In this document: positions 1 through 9,640 of the stretch, in pieces
Position numbering within the stretch: the stretch's first letter is position 1
How the letters are laid out: each line of letters opens with the position of its first letter
Assembly (NCBI GenBank): GCA_963977015.1
Contig: CAXBMO010000009.1
Location: 128,001 to 192,000, forward strand
DNA length: 64,000 nt
DNA from: an uncultured bacterium
GTDB taxonomy: Bacteria > Verrucomicrobiota > Verrucomicrobiia > Verrucomicrobiales > DEV007
Direction of reading: 5' to 3'
Position numbers and translations under genes: made by a program
The notes under the pieces: generated by a model
The model's database searches: none
Told to the model about the DNA's origin: nothing
What the model saw: the letters and a program-made list of their open reading frames with translations, nothing else

Positions 1-193
1 TGAAGAAGTCTCCATAGGGGACTTCAACTTCCTTCGGGAGAGAATCTTCCATCATCGCACCGAGCTGGTGCATGGATTCTTTTTCTTCAACGAGTTCAGG
101 ACGGTCTTCGAGTAGGTCTGCAACATCATCGTCCGATAGTTCGCCGTCGATCCACCGCATTACGCGGAAATCTTCGTCGGTTAGGTTCTTCAT
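1..193 (-). CDS. Putative anti-sigma factor, N-terminal part (runs off the left edge)
   Basis: Not in the ORF track. Manual translation from ATG at 193 gives MKNLTDEDFRVMRWIDGELSDDDVADLL..., with the IDGEL motif typical of anti-sigma N-termini. The ATG overlaps the TGA of the ECF sigma (ATGA at 190-193). Confidence 0.7.
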   Translation of the reverse strand, partial: MKNLTDEDFRVMRWIDGELSDDDVADLLEDRPELVEEKESMHQLGAMMEDSLPKEVEVPYGDFF

Positions 194-834
194 TGTGTAC
201 TTGGTGTGTAAGCGTCTTTCAGTAAGACTTGTAGTTTCTTGCGTGCGTAGAAGAGGCGCGACATCACGGTGCCGATGGAGCAACCGACATGATCCGCGAT
301 TTCCTGATACTTCAGGCCATCGACCTCTTTTAGAAGGATCACCGCGCGATGATCCGGCGATAGTTTCTCGATCGCAGCTTCAATCCGATCCCGAAGCTCA
401 CCCTTTTGCGCGTTCTCGTCAGGCTGGTTTTCGCCTTTCGGCGCAGTCGGTGCACTGAGTTCCATGGAGGAGCGGACATTATCGTCAAACTCCGTGCCAT
501 CTCCGCGCACTTTCTTTTTGCGTAGCCAGTCGTAGGTCACGTTGTGGGCAATCCGGTAAAGCCAAGTGTAGAAGTTTGATCGTGCTTCGAACCGAGGCAG
601 GGCTTTCCATGCCTTTACGAATGCATCTTGAGCTAGATCCCAAGCATCCGCTTCATTGTGGATCATGTTAACGATCATGGCGTAGACTTTGCCGCGATAG
701 CGAGTAACTAACATATCGAAGGCTGCCATATCACCTCCCTGGCTCCGTGTTACCAGTTCAGCGTCAGATGGTCCTTCGTCTGCTTCTGACGCGTTTGCCT
801 TTTTCTTATTCGATGTTGCTGGACCTTTTTTCAT
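190..834 (-). CDS. ECF (sigma-70 family) RNA polymerase sigma factor, RpoE-like
   Basis: Region 2 (DLAQDAFVKAW, FYTWLYRIAHN) and region 4 (LKYQEIADHVGCSIGTVMSRLFYAR). Confidence 0.93.
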   Translation of the reverse strand: MKKGPATSNKKKANASEADEGPSDAELVTRSQGGDMAAFDMLVTRYRGKVYAMIVNMIHNEADAWDLAQDAFVKAWKALPRFEARSNFYTWLYRIAHNVTYDWLRKKKVRGDGTEFDDNVRSSMELSAPTAPKGENQPDENAQKGELRDRIEAAIEKLSPDHRAVILLKEVDGLKYQEIADHVGCSIGTVMSRLFYARKKLQVLLKDAYTPSTQ

Positions 835-1211
835 AGGAGGACACGAAGAATCGACCCACGGGGCCGGAAGATCGGCGCCACATTAACACAGGTGGGAAAA
901 TGTCGATGATATTCTTCCGAGGAATTTAGTTTTTCGTTCCCCGTCCACGGTTCAGCATGGGATCGAGAGTGTTCGCGATTTTCATGATTCAAATCACCAA
1001 AACTCTAATAAAAACGACAATCCAGAACCACCTCAAAGTCACCAGGCATCCTGATTTTCCCGTAGTGCGCTTAGGTTGTTCCTTGCATGGTTTGGGATGA
1101 GTTTCGCCAACTGGGCGAACTGCGTCGTCAACCTCCCAAACCTATCGCACGTTGGTCAAACAAGACCTCGCCCGGCCCCTTGCCACTGCCCGCTCACTGA
1201 TTTGAAACGCC

Positions 1212-2309
1212 CTACGGAATTTTCTGGCTGCCGCTGCGAATCTCGATTTCTACCCGGCGATTTGCCGCTTCCAGAACGCGGTCGCGCGCATAATCGCCAG
1301 TCGGCATCACCAGCGGATTTCGAGCTCCATATCCAATTGCACGGATATCATACTGATTGAGCCAGAGTGATTTGACCAGATAGTCGCGAACGGCTTCTGC
1401 CCGCAGCTGGCTCAATTGAATGTTGTTGATCGGGCCATCCTCGACCCCCACTTTGGGTTTGAAGGGAATGGAATCGGTAAAGCCCTTGATGATGAACTGA
1501 GACTCCTTGTTGTTGGTGATAATAATCCCCAGACGCATCAGGCTCAGTTTCGCCTCCTCCTTCAGCTCCCACTGACCAAACTCAAAAAGGAGATCGGTCG
1601 GAATCATCGCCTCAGTCCGCTCCGGAAGATTCTCCCCTTTCCCCATCAGTTCTTCCAGGGTGCTGAAGCGCCCCTTAATGTTGGCCCGGGCCTGGCTGCT
1701 CATTCCCTTGGTCATCGCATCAATGAGCTCATCGGAATTCGCACCATCATTTCCAAAATCCCGTTCCTCAATGATCAACGACTTTTGATTGATCGAGACA
1801 CGAGACGCTTCGGCCAATTTTTGGCGCATGGCCCCCAATTCTGCTTCTGAGGCCTGCGTATCGATCTTTGCATCGAGCGCCTGAACGTTCACGGATTGGG
1901 GAACAATGGGCGATTCCGAGGTAAACAGATTCTTAATCGTGTCGGTCTCGGGGGTCAGTTTCACGATTTCGGGAAACGATTCCGGCATTTCCGGAGGCTC
2001 CTCATCCCACGTCAGGTCGGTATCCTTGGTGGGAGCGGTCTCCTCAATCGGGGCTTCCTCGGCAAAAATTCGTTCCAAATCCGCTTCATCAACCACGGTT
2101 CGATCCCGCGGGGAAGTGTTGATCTGGATCGCCTCTGCCGCCGTCTTCATCATGACCTGAACCCGCTCAAACATGAGAAAAAGCCCGAGATGAACCAAAA
2201 CAGAAAGAAGAACCGCAAGGGAAACCCAAACGCTGTAATTCTTCATCGGCTGGCTCTTGTAGCCGGCTGCATTTTTGGCCGATTGCCAACTATACTCGGA
2301 ACTTTGCAT
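1212..2309 (-). CDS. OmpA/MotB-like C-terminal domain membrane protein (start may be 2246)
   Basis: N-terminal TM (VSLAVLLSVLVHLGLFLMF); OmpA_C motifs LLFEFG, GFTDS, NIQLSQLRAEAVRDYL, GYG, NRRVEI. Confidence 0.88.
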   Translation of the reverse strand: MQSSEYSWQSAKNAAGYKSQPMKNYSVWVSLAVLLSVLVHLGLFLMFERVQVMMKTAAEAIQINTSPRDRTVVDEADLERIFAEEAPIEETAPTKDTDLTWDEEPPEMPESFPEIVKLTPETDTIKNLFTSESPIVPQSVNVQALDAKIDTQASEAELGAMRQKLAEASRVSINQKSLIIEERDFGNDGANSDELIDAMTKGMSSQARANIKGRFSTLEELMGKGENLPERTEAMIPTDLLFEFGQWELKEEAKLSLMRLGIIITNNKESQFIIKGFTDSIPFKPKVGVEDGPINNIQLSQLRAEAVRDYLVKSLWLNQYDIRAIGYGARNPLVMPTGDYARDRVLEAANRRVEIEIRSGSQKIP

Positions 2310-2442
2310 ACAAATGCGGAGGTTAAGACTCGGACGAGATCAGGCTAGCAGACGTTCAGTTTTCGGGAAAGTTCATTTCCATGTTGCCAGAAAGGCAGCG
2401 GAGTTGTTCAGTTGCGCGCCCAACAGTCATCCACCTTCTAAC

Positions 2443-4020
2443 ATGTCGCAACCAGCCAATTCAGCCAAATCAATGGAGAAAATCGTCAGCCTTTGCAAGC
2501 GACGCAGCTTCATCTTTCAATCGGCCGAGATTTACGGAGGACTCAACGGTTGTTGGGACTACGGTCCGCTTGGAGCCGAATTGAAGCGCAATCTGAAGGA
2601 TTACTGGTGGAGGCGAAATGTGCAGAATCGCGAAGATGTCGTCGGGATGGATGGCTCGATCCTTACTCATCATGCCGTCCTCAAAGCATCGGGGCATGTA
2701 GACACCTTCAATGATCCGATGTGCGACGACCTCTTGACGAAAGAGCGTCTGCGAGCAGATCAAATTGAACCTCAAAGCGGAACGGTCCTCCACTTCACGG
2801 GCGCTTCGCATGAAGAATCCGGTTGGTCGGTGGAAAAAAACTACTCTGTGCTGATCCGGGAGAACGATGAAGGAGCCAAAGCCCGCAAGACGGCCAAGCT
2901 CTACTACTCCCAGTTTCTCAGCGACAAACAAATCTCCCCGAAGAAATTGGAGCTTACTGGTGAAAAGCCGGAAGAGGTCACCGATTCAATTGCTTACAAC
3001 CCCGAAACCGGCTCACGGTTGACCGAGGCCCGCGCGTTCAACCTCATGTTCAAGACCACCATGGGAGCATCTGCAGATCAAGATGATCCCAACGCGGTTG
3101 CCTATCTCCGCCCGGAAACGGCTCAAACCATTTTCACCCAGTACAAGAACGTGCAGGATTCGAATCGGGTGAAGTTGCCGTTTGGGATCGCCCAACTTGG
3201 AAAAGCCTTTCGCAATGAGATCAATCCCCGAAACTACACGTTTCGGTCGCGCGAATTCGAGCAGATGGAGATCGAGTACTTCTGCCGCGGAGAAGACGGC
3301 CTCCGCCTTACCGATGAGTGGCTCGAAGAACGTTTGAGCTTTTATGAAGACATCGGGATTCCGCGCGAGAAGCTACATGTGCTCGACGTTCCAGATGGTG
3401 AGCGCGCTCATTACTCGAGCAAAACTTATGACATCGAATACGAATTCCCGTTCGGGATTCAGGAACTCGAGGGAATTGCCTATCGCACAGATTACGATCT
3501 CAAGAAGCATGCGGAACACTCAGGCAAGCCGATGGAGTATTTCGATGAGGCGACCAAGGAAAAGTTCATACCTCACGTGGTAGAGCCAAGTGCAGGATGC
3601 GACCGAACCGTTCTCGCGTTGATCTGCGAGGCTTACGACGAAGAAACGATAACGAACGAGAAAGGGAAGGAAGAGACCCGGATCGTGATGCACTTCCATC
3701 CTCGGGTGGCACCGATCAAGTGCGGCATCTTCCCATTGGTTAAGAACAAGCCCGAATTGGTCGAGAAAGCCCGCGAAGTACAGAAGCTACTTCAACCGCA
3801 CATGACGGTCTTTTATGACGAAACCGCTGCGATTGGCCGCCGCTATCGCCGCCAAGATGAGGTCGGAACTCCGTTCGGAGTGACAGTCGATTTCGACACC
3901 CTGGGAGAAAGCGGAGACGAGTTGAAAGATACCGTCACCCTTCGTCACCGAGACAGCATGGAGCAAGAGCGTGTCGCGATTTCCGACCTTCTGGCCTTTC
4001 TGCTGGAGCGGATCGCGTAA
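2443..4020 (+). CDS. glyS: Glycine--tRNA ligase, alpha2 (homodimeric) type
   Basis: YGG..DYGPLG, LRPETAQ, GKAFRNEI, REFEQMEIEYF, EPSAG, IGRRYRRQDEVGTP. Start set at ATG 2443 (MSQPANS). Confidence 0.96.
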   Translation: MSQPANSAKSMEKIVSLCKRRSFIFQSAEIYGGLNGCWDYGPLGAELKRNLKDYWWRRNVQNREDVVGMDGSILTHHAVLKASGHVDTFNDPMCDDLLTKERLRADQIEPQSGTVLHFTGASHEESGWSVEKNYSVLIRENDEGAKARKTAKLYYSQFLSDKQISPKKLELTGEKPEEVTDSIAYNPETGSRLTEARAFNLMFKTTMGASADQDDPNAVAYLRPETAQTIFTQYKNVQDSNRVKLPFGIAQLGKAFRNEINPRNYTFRSREFEQMEIEYFCRGEDGLRLTDEWLEERLSFYEDIGIPREKLHVLDVPDGERAHYSSKTYDIEYEFPFGIQELEGIAYRTDYDLKKHAEHSGKPMEYFDEATKEKFIPHVVEPSAGCDRTVLALICEAYDEETITNEKGKEETRIVMHFHPRVAPIKCGIFPLVKNKPELVEKAREVQKLLQPHMTVFYDETAAIGRRYRRQDEVGTPFGVTVDFDTLGESGDELKDTVTLRHRDSMEQERVAISDLLAFLLERIA

Positions 4021-4052
4021 CATCGCCCTTTTCAAATCAATCTTCCGGAATC

Positions 4053-4084
4053 AAAAAAAGGCGCTTCTTGCGAAGCGCCTTTTT
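4053..4084. terminator. Bidirectional rho-independent terminator between convergent genes
   Basis: aaaaaaaggcgcttc-ttgc-gaagcgccttttt: perfect stem with A and T tails on either side. Confidence 0.85.
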
Positions 4085-4124
4085 GATGAACTATTCCAAA
4101 TTTGAAAGGGATCGCCTTTCCCAA

Positions 4125-6518
4125 TCACCCAAGATTCTTCTGCGTGGTTGGCAGGTAGCGATAGTAAACTTCCAGCATCAGGGTGCAGAGGCAGGTGTGG
4201 TAAATAGCTGCAGTAACAGGATCCTTTGGACCATGCCCGCCGTTGACTTTGAAGAAACCGCTCTCGTCCTGGGATGCGAGGATCTTCGGCATCGCAAATT
4301 CATTCCAATTTTTCCAGTCCTCTCCCCCCTTCAGAAAATAAGCCTGCATGATGTAATACCAGCCGTAGGCGTGAACATTGCCCTTACCCAAATGGTATTT
4401 GTTCATGCCTTCGAAAGCCTTCTGAGTTTCCGGGGCATCGTCCAAGCCCTTCATCAAAAAGGCCAGCGCACCAACGCCAGCGAGACCTGGATTGACCTTG
4501 TTCTTGTCTCCCTCAACCCGATACAGCAATCCACCCTTGGGGTCCTGGGCCCTCTTCATATACTCGATTGCTTTCTCCATCCCCTTTTCAAGTCCGCTAA
4601 TACTTTCACCCGTATTGGATGCAGCCTTGAGAGCTTGAAATTGCCAACCACTTACCGATCCGTCGGGATTATTTCCTTGGCGGTAGCCGTAATCCCAACC
4701 TCCAGTTTTCTGCTGCCCTTCCAAAATCACCTTAATTCCTTTTTTCATGGTGGACTCAAGTCGCGGAATGCGTTTCGCAGCTCCCGAAGCCTTTGTCATC
4801 GTGTACATTTCAGCCAACGCGTAGCTGCAAATCGCATTCTCGTAGGCAGCCTTTCCACCCTCAGACATAATCGCTCCGGTCGGGTGATCGGAGTCCTTTG
4901 CCCGTTCCATCAAAAACAACGTCGCCTTGGTTACGGTTTCACCAAACTCCACCGAATCGGGAGTTTCGCAGTGTCCCAGAAGCGCCAAGACCACCAATGC
5001 CGTCATGGAAGCCTGATATTCGCGACCGAACGAACCATCTTCGTTTTGGTTCTCCTTCAGGTAACGAAGGGCCTTTCGAACCGCGCTTTCACACTTGGTG
5101 GTGGCTCCGCTCTCTTTCAAACGCGCCATTCGTTGCCCCATACTGCACCGGCCAGCCATGGAAGGCGGAATACTGGACATTCCAGCACCTCCTCCCGGAG
5201 GAGAAAAGGACATTCCAAAGTCCATGCCCATCTCGGCCCCCATCCCGACAACGGCAGAAGTGGCCGCCGTATCCACCGTTGGCATCGCGATGTCGGAGAA
5301 CATTGAACTGGTCAACACCTGCTGGGTCGCAGGCGCCGGAGCCGTCTGCTGCATCTGCGGCTTCTTGATTTCGTTCGCCTGCATGTCTTCCGATGAATCG
5401 GCAGACGAAACAGAGGCATAAATTTCCGGTGGCTTGCTTTGGGGGATATTCATCGCCACCAGCGTGAACAACCCCAGAATGACCACGTGCGCGACCACCG
5501 CAATCGCAATTGAGGAGACTTTGTCATTCGTGCTCTTGACTTCCCTGACCTGAGGCTTCGCGCTCATTTCATCTACCGTTCCCGACATCGCAGCCACCAT
5601 TGCGGTTTGTCTCCCAACGATTTGCGAAACCAGATCTTCCGGCTCCTCATCTCCTTCTGAATCCACCGCAGCAACGACAAGAGCAGGATCTTCGGTCGCG
5701 CTTATGGGAGTGACAACGAGGCCCGTTCCTTCCATCTTGATCTGTTCCGCAGAACGCTTCGGAAGCGAAGCTTGAGGAGCTCCCAATGGAACCACATCCG
5801 GCGTTAGGGCCGGAATCTCATCAATTGCACTGGTGCTTTCCACTGCCGAATCGTCATCAACGATCGCGGCGACAATCTCTTCATCAGCTTCAGCCGACAC
5901 CGCCGCAGGAATACTCGTTGGAGAAGTTGGCGGCTGAATTGGAGCAACCCCAGGAACCGTGGGCACTGGAGTTTCATCAACGGGCAGCGCTTCCGCAATT
6001 GGAGCAACGACAACATGACTCGTCGTCCGCTTGGCTGCTTTTGCCAACCCTGGAAGAGCGACAGGAACAGCTTCTTCAAACCCTTCCATCTGAATCGGCG
6101 CCACCGCAAAGGGGTCGTAACCGTCCGTGCCCAAATGCGGATTCAATACCAAGGCGACTTTCCGATGGGTTTCCGCCTTGGCATCCAGCCCCTGAAGTTC
6201 ATACAGCCGGGATTTCAACAAATGCGCCCGAGCGCTCGAAGGGTGATGAACCAAAAAGCTGTCAATCAGTTGGTGTGCCCTCTTGATGCTGTGTCCACCT
6301 GCCAATTGACAAGCAAAGAGCGCATGATCTTCGGTATCAGGAGCAACCGGCGCTGTCGTGGCCAAACTGAGGGCGCTCGACTCGTCTCCCAGCCGAAGAT
6401 AATGCTCCGCGATGTAGCGCCGAGTATTCCAGTTGGCCGGTTCGGCCTCAAGCGCACTAAGAAGGAAGGGGATTTCGTCTGAACTCACAAGCAATCTGGG
6501 AAAAAATTCTGGGATCAA
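4125..6518 (-). CDS. Membrane protein: TPR-like N-terminus, acidic/Pro linker, TM, then a prenyltransferase/squalene-cyclase-like (QW repeat) domain
   Basis: QW-like repeats (LKENQNEDGSF, ILEGQQKTGGW, MKRAQDPKGG, ILASQDESG); C-terminal LMLEVYYRYLP; central TM IAIAVVAHVVILGLFTLV. Confidence 0.75.
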   Translation of the reverse strand: MIPEFFPRLLVSSDEIPFLLSALEAEPANWNTRRYIAEHYLRLGDESSALSLATTAPVAPDTEDHALFACQLAGGHSIKRAHQLIDSFLVHHPSSARAHLLKSRLYELQGLDAKAETHRKVALVLNPHLGTDGYDPFAVAPIQMEGFEEAVPVALPGLAKAAKRTTSHVVVAPIAEALPVDETPVPTVPGVAPIQPPTSPTSIPAAVSAEADEEIVAAIVDDDSAVESTSAIDEIPALTPDVVPLGAPQASLPKRSAEQIKMEGTGLVVTPISATEDPALVVAAVDSEGDEEPEDLVSQIVGRQTAMVAAMSGTVDEMSAKPQVREVKSTNDKVSSIAIAVVAHVVILGLFTLVAMNIPQSKPPEIYASVSSADSSEDMQANEIKKPQMQQTAPAPATQQVLTSSMFSDIAMPTVDTAATSAVVGMGAEMGMDFGMSFSPPGGGAGMSSIPPSMAGRCSMGQRMARLKESGATTKCESAVRKALRYLKENQNEDGSFGREYQASMTALVVLALLGHCETPDSVEFGETVTKATLFLMERAKDSDHPTGAIMSEGGKAAYENAICSYALAEMYTMTKASGAAKRIPRLESTMKKGIKVILEGQQKTGGWDYGYRQGNNPDGSVSGWQFQALKAASNTGESISGLEKGMEKAIEYMKRAQDPKGGLLYRVEGDKNKVNPGLAGVGALAFLMKGLDDAPETQKAFEGMNKYHLGKGNVHAYGWYYIMQAYFLKGGEDWKNWNEFAMPKILASQDESGFFKVNGGHGPKDPVTAAIYHTCLCTLMLEVYYRYLPTTQKNLG

Positions 6519-6654
6519 GCAGAGACTGTCGCAGTCTCTCCCTGAGGAACACCTCGGTCAAGACGCAATTCTTAACAGGCTTCTTAGAAAAAATCAGGAT
6601 TTTCCTGCCACCAATGCTTGACTGAGGAATTGCCACCACCACTATGCGAGCCTT

Positions 6655-7539
6655 ATGGCTGAGAATTCACCTCAACTCCGCTTGGGCCTCCCGAAAGGCA
6701 GCCTCCAAGACGCTACCCTGAACCTCTTCGAAAAAGCAGGATTCAACATCTATGTTTCCAGTCGCGGCTACAAGCCTAGCGTCGATGATCCCAGTCTCAC
6801 ACTTCGCCTGATCCGTGCTCAGGAAGTCGGAAGATATGTCGATCATGGCTTTTTGGACTGCGGAATCACTGGCAAAGACTGGATTGCTGAAAATAAAGCT
6901 GACGTCGAGGTCATTTGCGATCTTCAATACAGCAAGGCGACATCGAACCCGACACGCTGGGTTCTTGCCGTTCCCGAAGATTCCGACATCCAGAGCATCG
7001 ATGACCTTGCTGGGAAGCGGATCGCGACCGAAGCCGTGGGCCTGACCGAACAACTTCTGGAGGCCCGTGGAATCAAAGCCCATGTCGAATTCAGCTGGGG
7101 CGCAACGGAAGTGAAAGTGCCCGAATTGGTTGATGCCATCGTTGATATCACCGAAACAGGCTCGTCACTGCGCGCCAACAATCTCAGAATCGTCGACACC
7201 CTGATGGAGTCCTTTCCTCAGTTGGTTGCGAACAAGTCTGCCTTTGCTGATCCCTGGAAGCGACAGAAGATCGAGCAGATTTCGCTCCTTTTGCGTTCTG
7301 CACAGAATGCCCGGGACAAAGTCGGCTTGAAAATGAATCTCCCTGAAAAAGATTTGCAAAACGTTCTGGACTGCCTACCCTCCCTCCGCCGTCCGACCGT
7401 AGCTAATTTGGCTGAAGAAGGCTGGGTGGCAGTGGAAACAGTAATCGACGAAGCTGTCGTTCGGGAGATTATCCCCAAGCTCACCAATTTAGGGGCAGAG
7501 GGGATTATCGAATACCCTCTCAACAAGCTCGTGCCGTGA
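6655..7539 (+). CDS. hisG: ATP phosphoribosyltransferase (long form)
   Basis: [37 protein letters not shown] and a C-terminal regulatory domain. Confidence 0.96.
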   Translation: MAENSPQLRLGLPKGSLQDATLNLFEKAGFNIYVSSRGYKPSVDDPSLTLRLIRAQEVGRYVDHGFLDCGITGKDWIAENKADVEVICDLQYSKATSNPTRWVLAVPEDSDIQSIDDLAGKRIATEAVGLTEQLLEARGIKAHVEFSWGATEVKVPELVDAIVDITETGSSLRANNLRIVDTLMESFPQLVANKSAFADPWKRQKIEQISLLLRSAQNARDKVGLKMNLPEKDLQNVLDCLPSLRRPTVANLAEEGWVAVETVIDEAVVREIIPKLTNLGAEGIIEYPLNKLVP

Positions 7540-7590
7540 CCCCTGCTATCTGGAACCCTGGCGACTAAACTTGTAAGTATCACGACTCCT

Positions 7591-7695
7591 ATGGGATCGC
7601 TCAAAAAACGAAGAAAAACGAAAATCAACAAGCACAAACGCAAAAAGCGCATGAAGGCTAACCGCCACAAGAAGCGCTTGCGTTACAAATCCTAG
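7591..7695 (+). CDS. Small basic protein, bS22 / AURKAIP1-COX24 (mS38-like) family
   Basis: Below the ORF-track cutoff. ATG 7591 to TAG 7695 gives MGSLKKRRKTKINKHKRKKRMKANRHKKRLRYKS, matching the family pattern MGS..KKRR....KHK.KK. Confidence 0.85.
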   Translation: MGSLKKRRKTKINKHKRKKRMKANRHKKRLRYKS

Positions 7696-7714
7696 GAAGC
7701 TAGGATTGTGCTCC

Positions 7715-9616
7715 ATGAAACCGGGACGGAATATCACCTTGTTCTGCCGCTCCGGTAAAAGTCGCAGAACTTCTCGCTTAGCGCATGTTGGCGTTGCGGC
7801 CCTGATTTGTCTTGGAGCCGTTGATGGTGCCCACGCGCAATCGTTGTCGCGGGAACCGTCGGCTGTCGCCAGTAAAGAGTTCGCCGAAGCCTCGGTCGAT
7901 CGCTACACGCCTCCAGACCCACGGCATCTTCTAAACCAAGAGGGTGCCGCCAAAAGTCAGGCGCTTTCACAATATTACCTGGGTCTCTCGCGCGAAAAAG
8001 CGGGTGATATCGAGGGAGCCTTGGACTCTTTTGAGAAAGTTCTGGAGGTAAGCCCGGGTCAACTCCGCTTGGCAGGAAAAGCTGCAGACTTGGCTGGACA
8101 GTTTGGCGATAGCGAACGAGGCCGCAAAATCCTCGAAACCAGCTTCAAATCAAACCGGCATCTTCCGGCCGCTTATTTGCGCCTTTCCGAGTATCTTTGG
8201 ACCTATCACAACAATCAGCGCTCCAACCGGGAACGTGCGCTTGAACTCGTGGAGGATGCCGCCGAACAGTTTCCCGACAATCCGTCGATTTACGATCGCC
8301 TCATTACCCTGCATCTCGCCAAGAAGGACCGCGCCAAAGCCAGGGAAACACTAACCAAGGCCCTGGAGCGTTCGAACTCCGATCCTGAGTTTTGGCTTGG
8401 AATGGCAAGGGTAGCTCAAAGACTGTATCCGTTGCAGCAGCAACCAGTCCCGGTTCTCATCAACAAGATTTATGAAAAGGCGTTGGCTCTTGGACAAGGG
8501 AATCCCGAAGTCGAAAACCGGGTTGCTGATTATTACAGCCTGACCCGTCAATTCGAATTGGCGCGCGATTTATACATTACGATCATCAAAGAGCGCCCGG
8601 AAGAACTCATCGTTCGGGAGAAGCTGGCCAGGGTTTACAGTTTGCTGGGTCAGGAAGACAAGGTTCTGGAAACGCTCGTCGAATTGGAGCAAATCAATCC
8701 CCACCGCCTGGAAACCCAGCAGTTTCTGGCCCGGATCTACTACGACAAGGAGAACTGGTCGAATTCGATCAAGCACTACTTGAAGGCCTTCAAAATATCT
8801 CGCGGCCAGCCTCTGGAATATCGCATCGTCAGCACGATGATGCTTTGGGAAAACCGAGCCGACGAAGCAGTGGACCTGCTCATGCGAGCGCAATTCCATT
8901 ATCCGGAAGACCTTCAACTCCAGGTCGAAATGGGCGTGGCTCTCAATGCATCCGACCGCTATGACGAGGCTTTCGATCTGTTCCGGGAAACCGAAGAGTT
9001 GGCGGAACAATCTCAGCCTGAGTTACTGACAGACGGCTTCTATTTTTCCTACGGAGCCTCGGCTGAACGGTTAAAGAAATTTCAGGAGGCGGAGAAGCTT
9101 TTTCAGAAATCGATCGATCTCGTTCCACAGAACAATGCGGAAAGAGCCGCCATGCCCTACAACTATCTTGGCTACATGTGGCTGGAACAGGACATGAAAA
9201 TTGAAGAAGCCGGGCAACTCATCATCATGGCGAATGATCTGAGACCCGATTCCGGGGCCTATGTCGATAGTCTGGGATGGTACTACTTTAAGAAGGGGGA
9301 CCATGATAGTGCCGTTGAAACGTTGCTCCGCGCGATCAAGCTCATGGAATCCCAGGATCCCCCAGAAGAAGACGCCGTCGTCTATGATCACCTCGCTCAA
9401 GCTTACTTCATGCAGGGCAACATCAAGGAAGCTGTCAACTACGCCCAAAAGGCTTCGAAACTGGAGCCGGACAACAAGGAGATGGCAGAGCGCCTCAAAG
9501 AGTATCTCGCAGCGAAAACGGCATCAACCCAATCGGATCTTGAGCAGCCACAACCCGTTGTTGCTCCCGATCCCAAAACGGACGTAGCTGCGAAAGAGCT
9601 GCCCAATGCGGCCTGA
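7715..9616 (+). CDS. Exported multi-TPR protein
   Basis: Signal-like segment, many TPR repeats, and NYLGY..L / DSLGW motifs near the C-terminus. Confidence 0.85.
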   Translation: MKPGRNITLFCRSGKSRRTSRLAHVGVAALICLGAVDGAHAQSLSREPSAVASKEFAEASVDRYTPPDPRHLLNQEGAAKSQALSQYYLGLSREKAGDIEGALDSFEKVLEVSPGQLRLAGKAADLAGQFGDSERGRKILETSFKSNRHLPAAYLRLSEYLWTYHNNQRSNRERALELVEDAAEQFPDNPSIYDRLITLHLAKKDRAKARETLTKALERSNSDPEFWLGMARVAQRLYPLQQQPVPVLINKIYEKALALGQGNPEVENRVADYYSLTRQFELARDLYITIIKERPEELIVREKLARVYSLLGQEDKVLETLVELEQINPHRLETQQFLARIYYDKENWSNSIKHYLKAFKISRGQPLEYRIVSTMMLWENRADEAVDLLMRAQFHYPEDLQLQVEMGVALNASDRYDEAFDLFRETEELAEQSQPELLTDGFYFSYGASAERLKKFQEAEKLFQKSIDLVPQNNAERAAMPYNYLGYMWLEQDMKIEEAGQLIIMANDLRPDSGAYVDSLGWYYFKKGDHDSAVETLLRAIKLMESQDPPEEDAVVYDHLAQAYFMQGNIKEAVNYAQKASKLEPDNKEMAERLKEYLAAKTASTQSDLEQPQPVVAPDPKTDVAAKELPNAA

Positions 9617-9640
9617 TTCGCATTCAGCCCTACTGAATCA

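Noticed and set aside
926-985. 19-codon upstream ORF (MKIANTLDPMLNRGRGTKN) before the sigma gene
   Set aside because: Too short, with no diagnostic codon pattern; cannot be told from chance.
4125-5200. Squalene-hopene cyclase / hopanoid cluster
   Set aside because: Single barrel, no DxDD motif, and no hpn genes in the window.
4068-5306. 412-aa + strand ORF
   Set aside because: Antisense shadow of the QW-repeat gene, starting inside a terminator, with no recognisable motifs.
7546-7737. 63-aa hydrophobic - strand ORF
   Set aside because: Its Phe/Leu richness mirrors the Lys/Arg codons of the bS22-like gene on the + strand.
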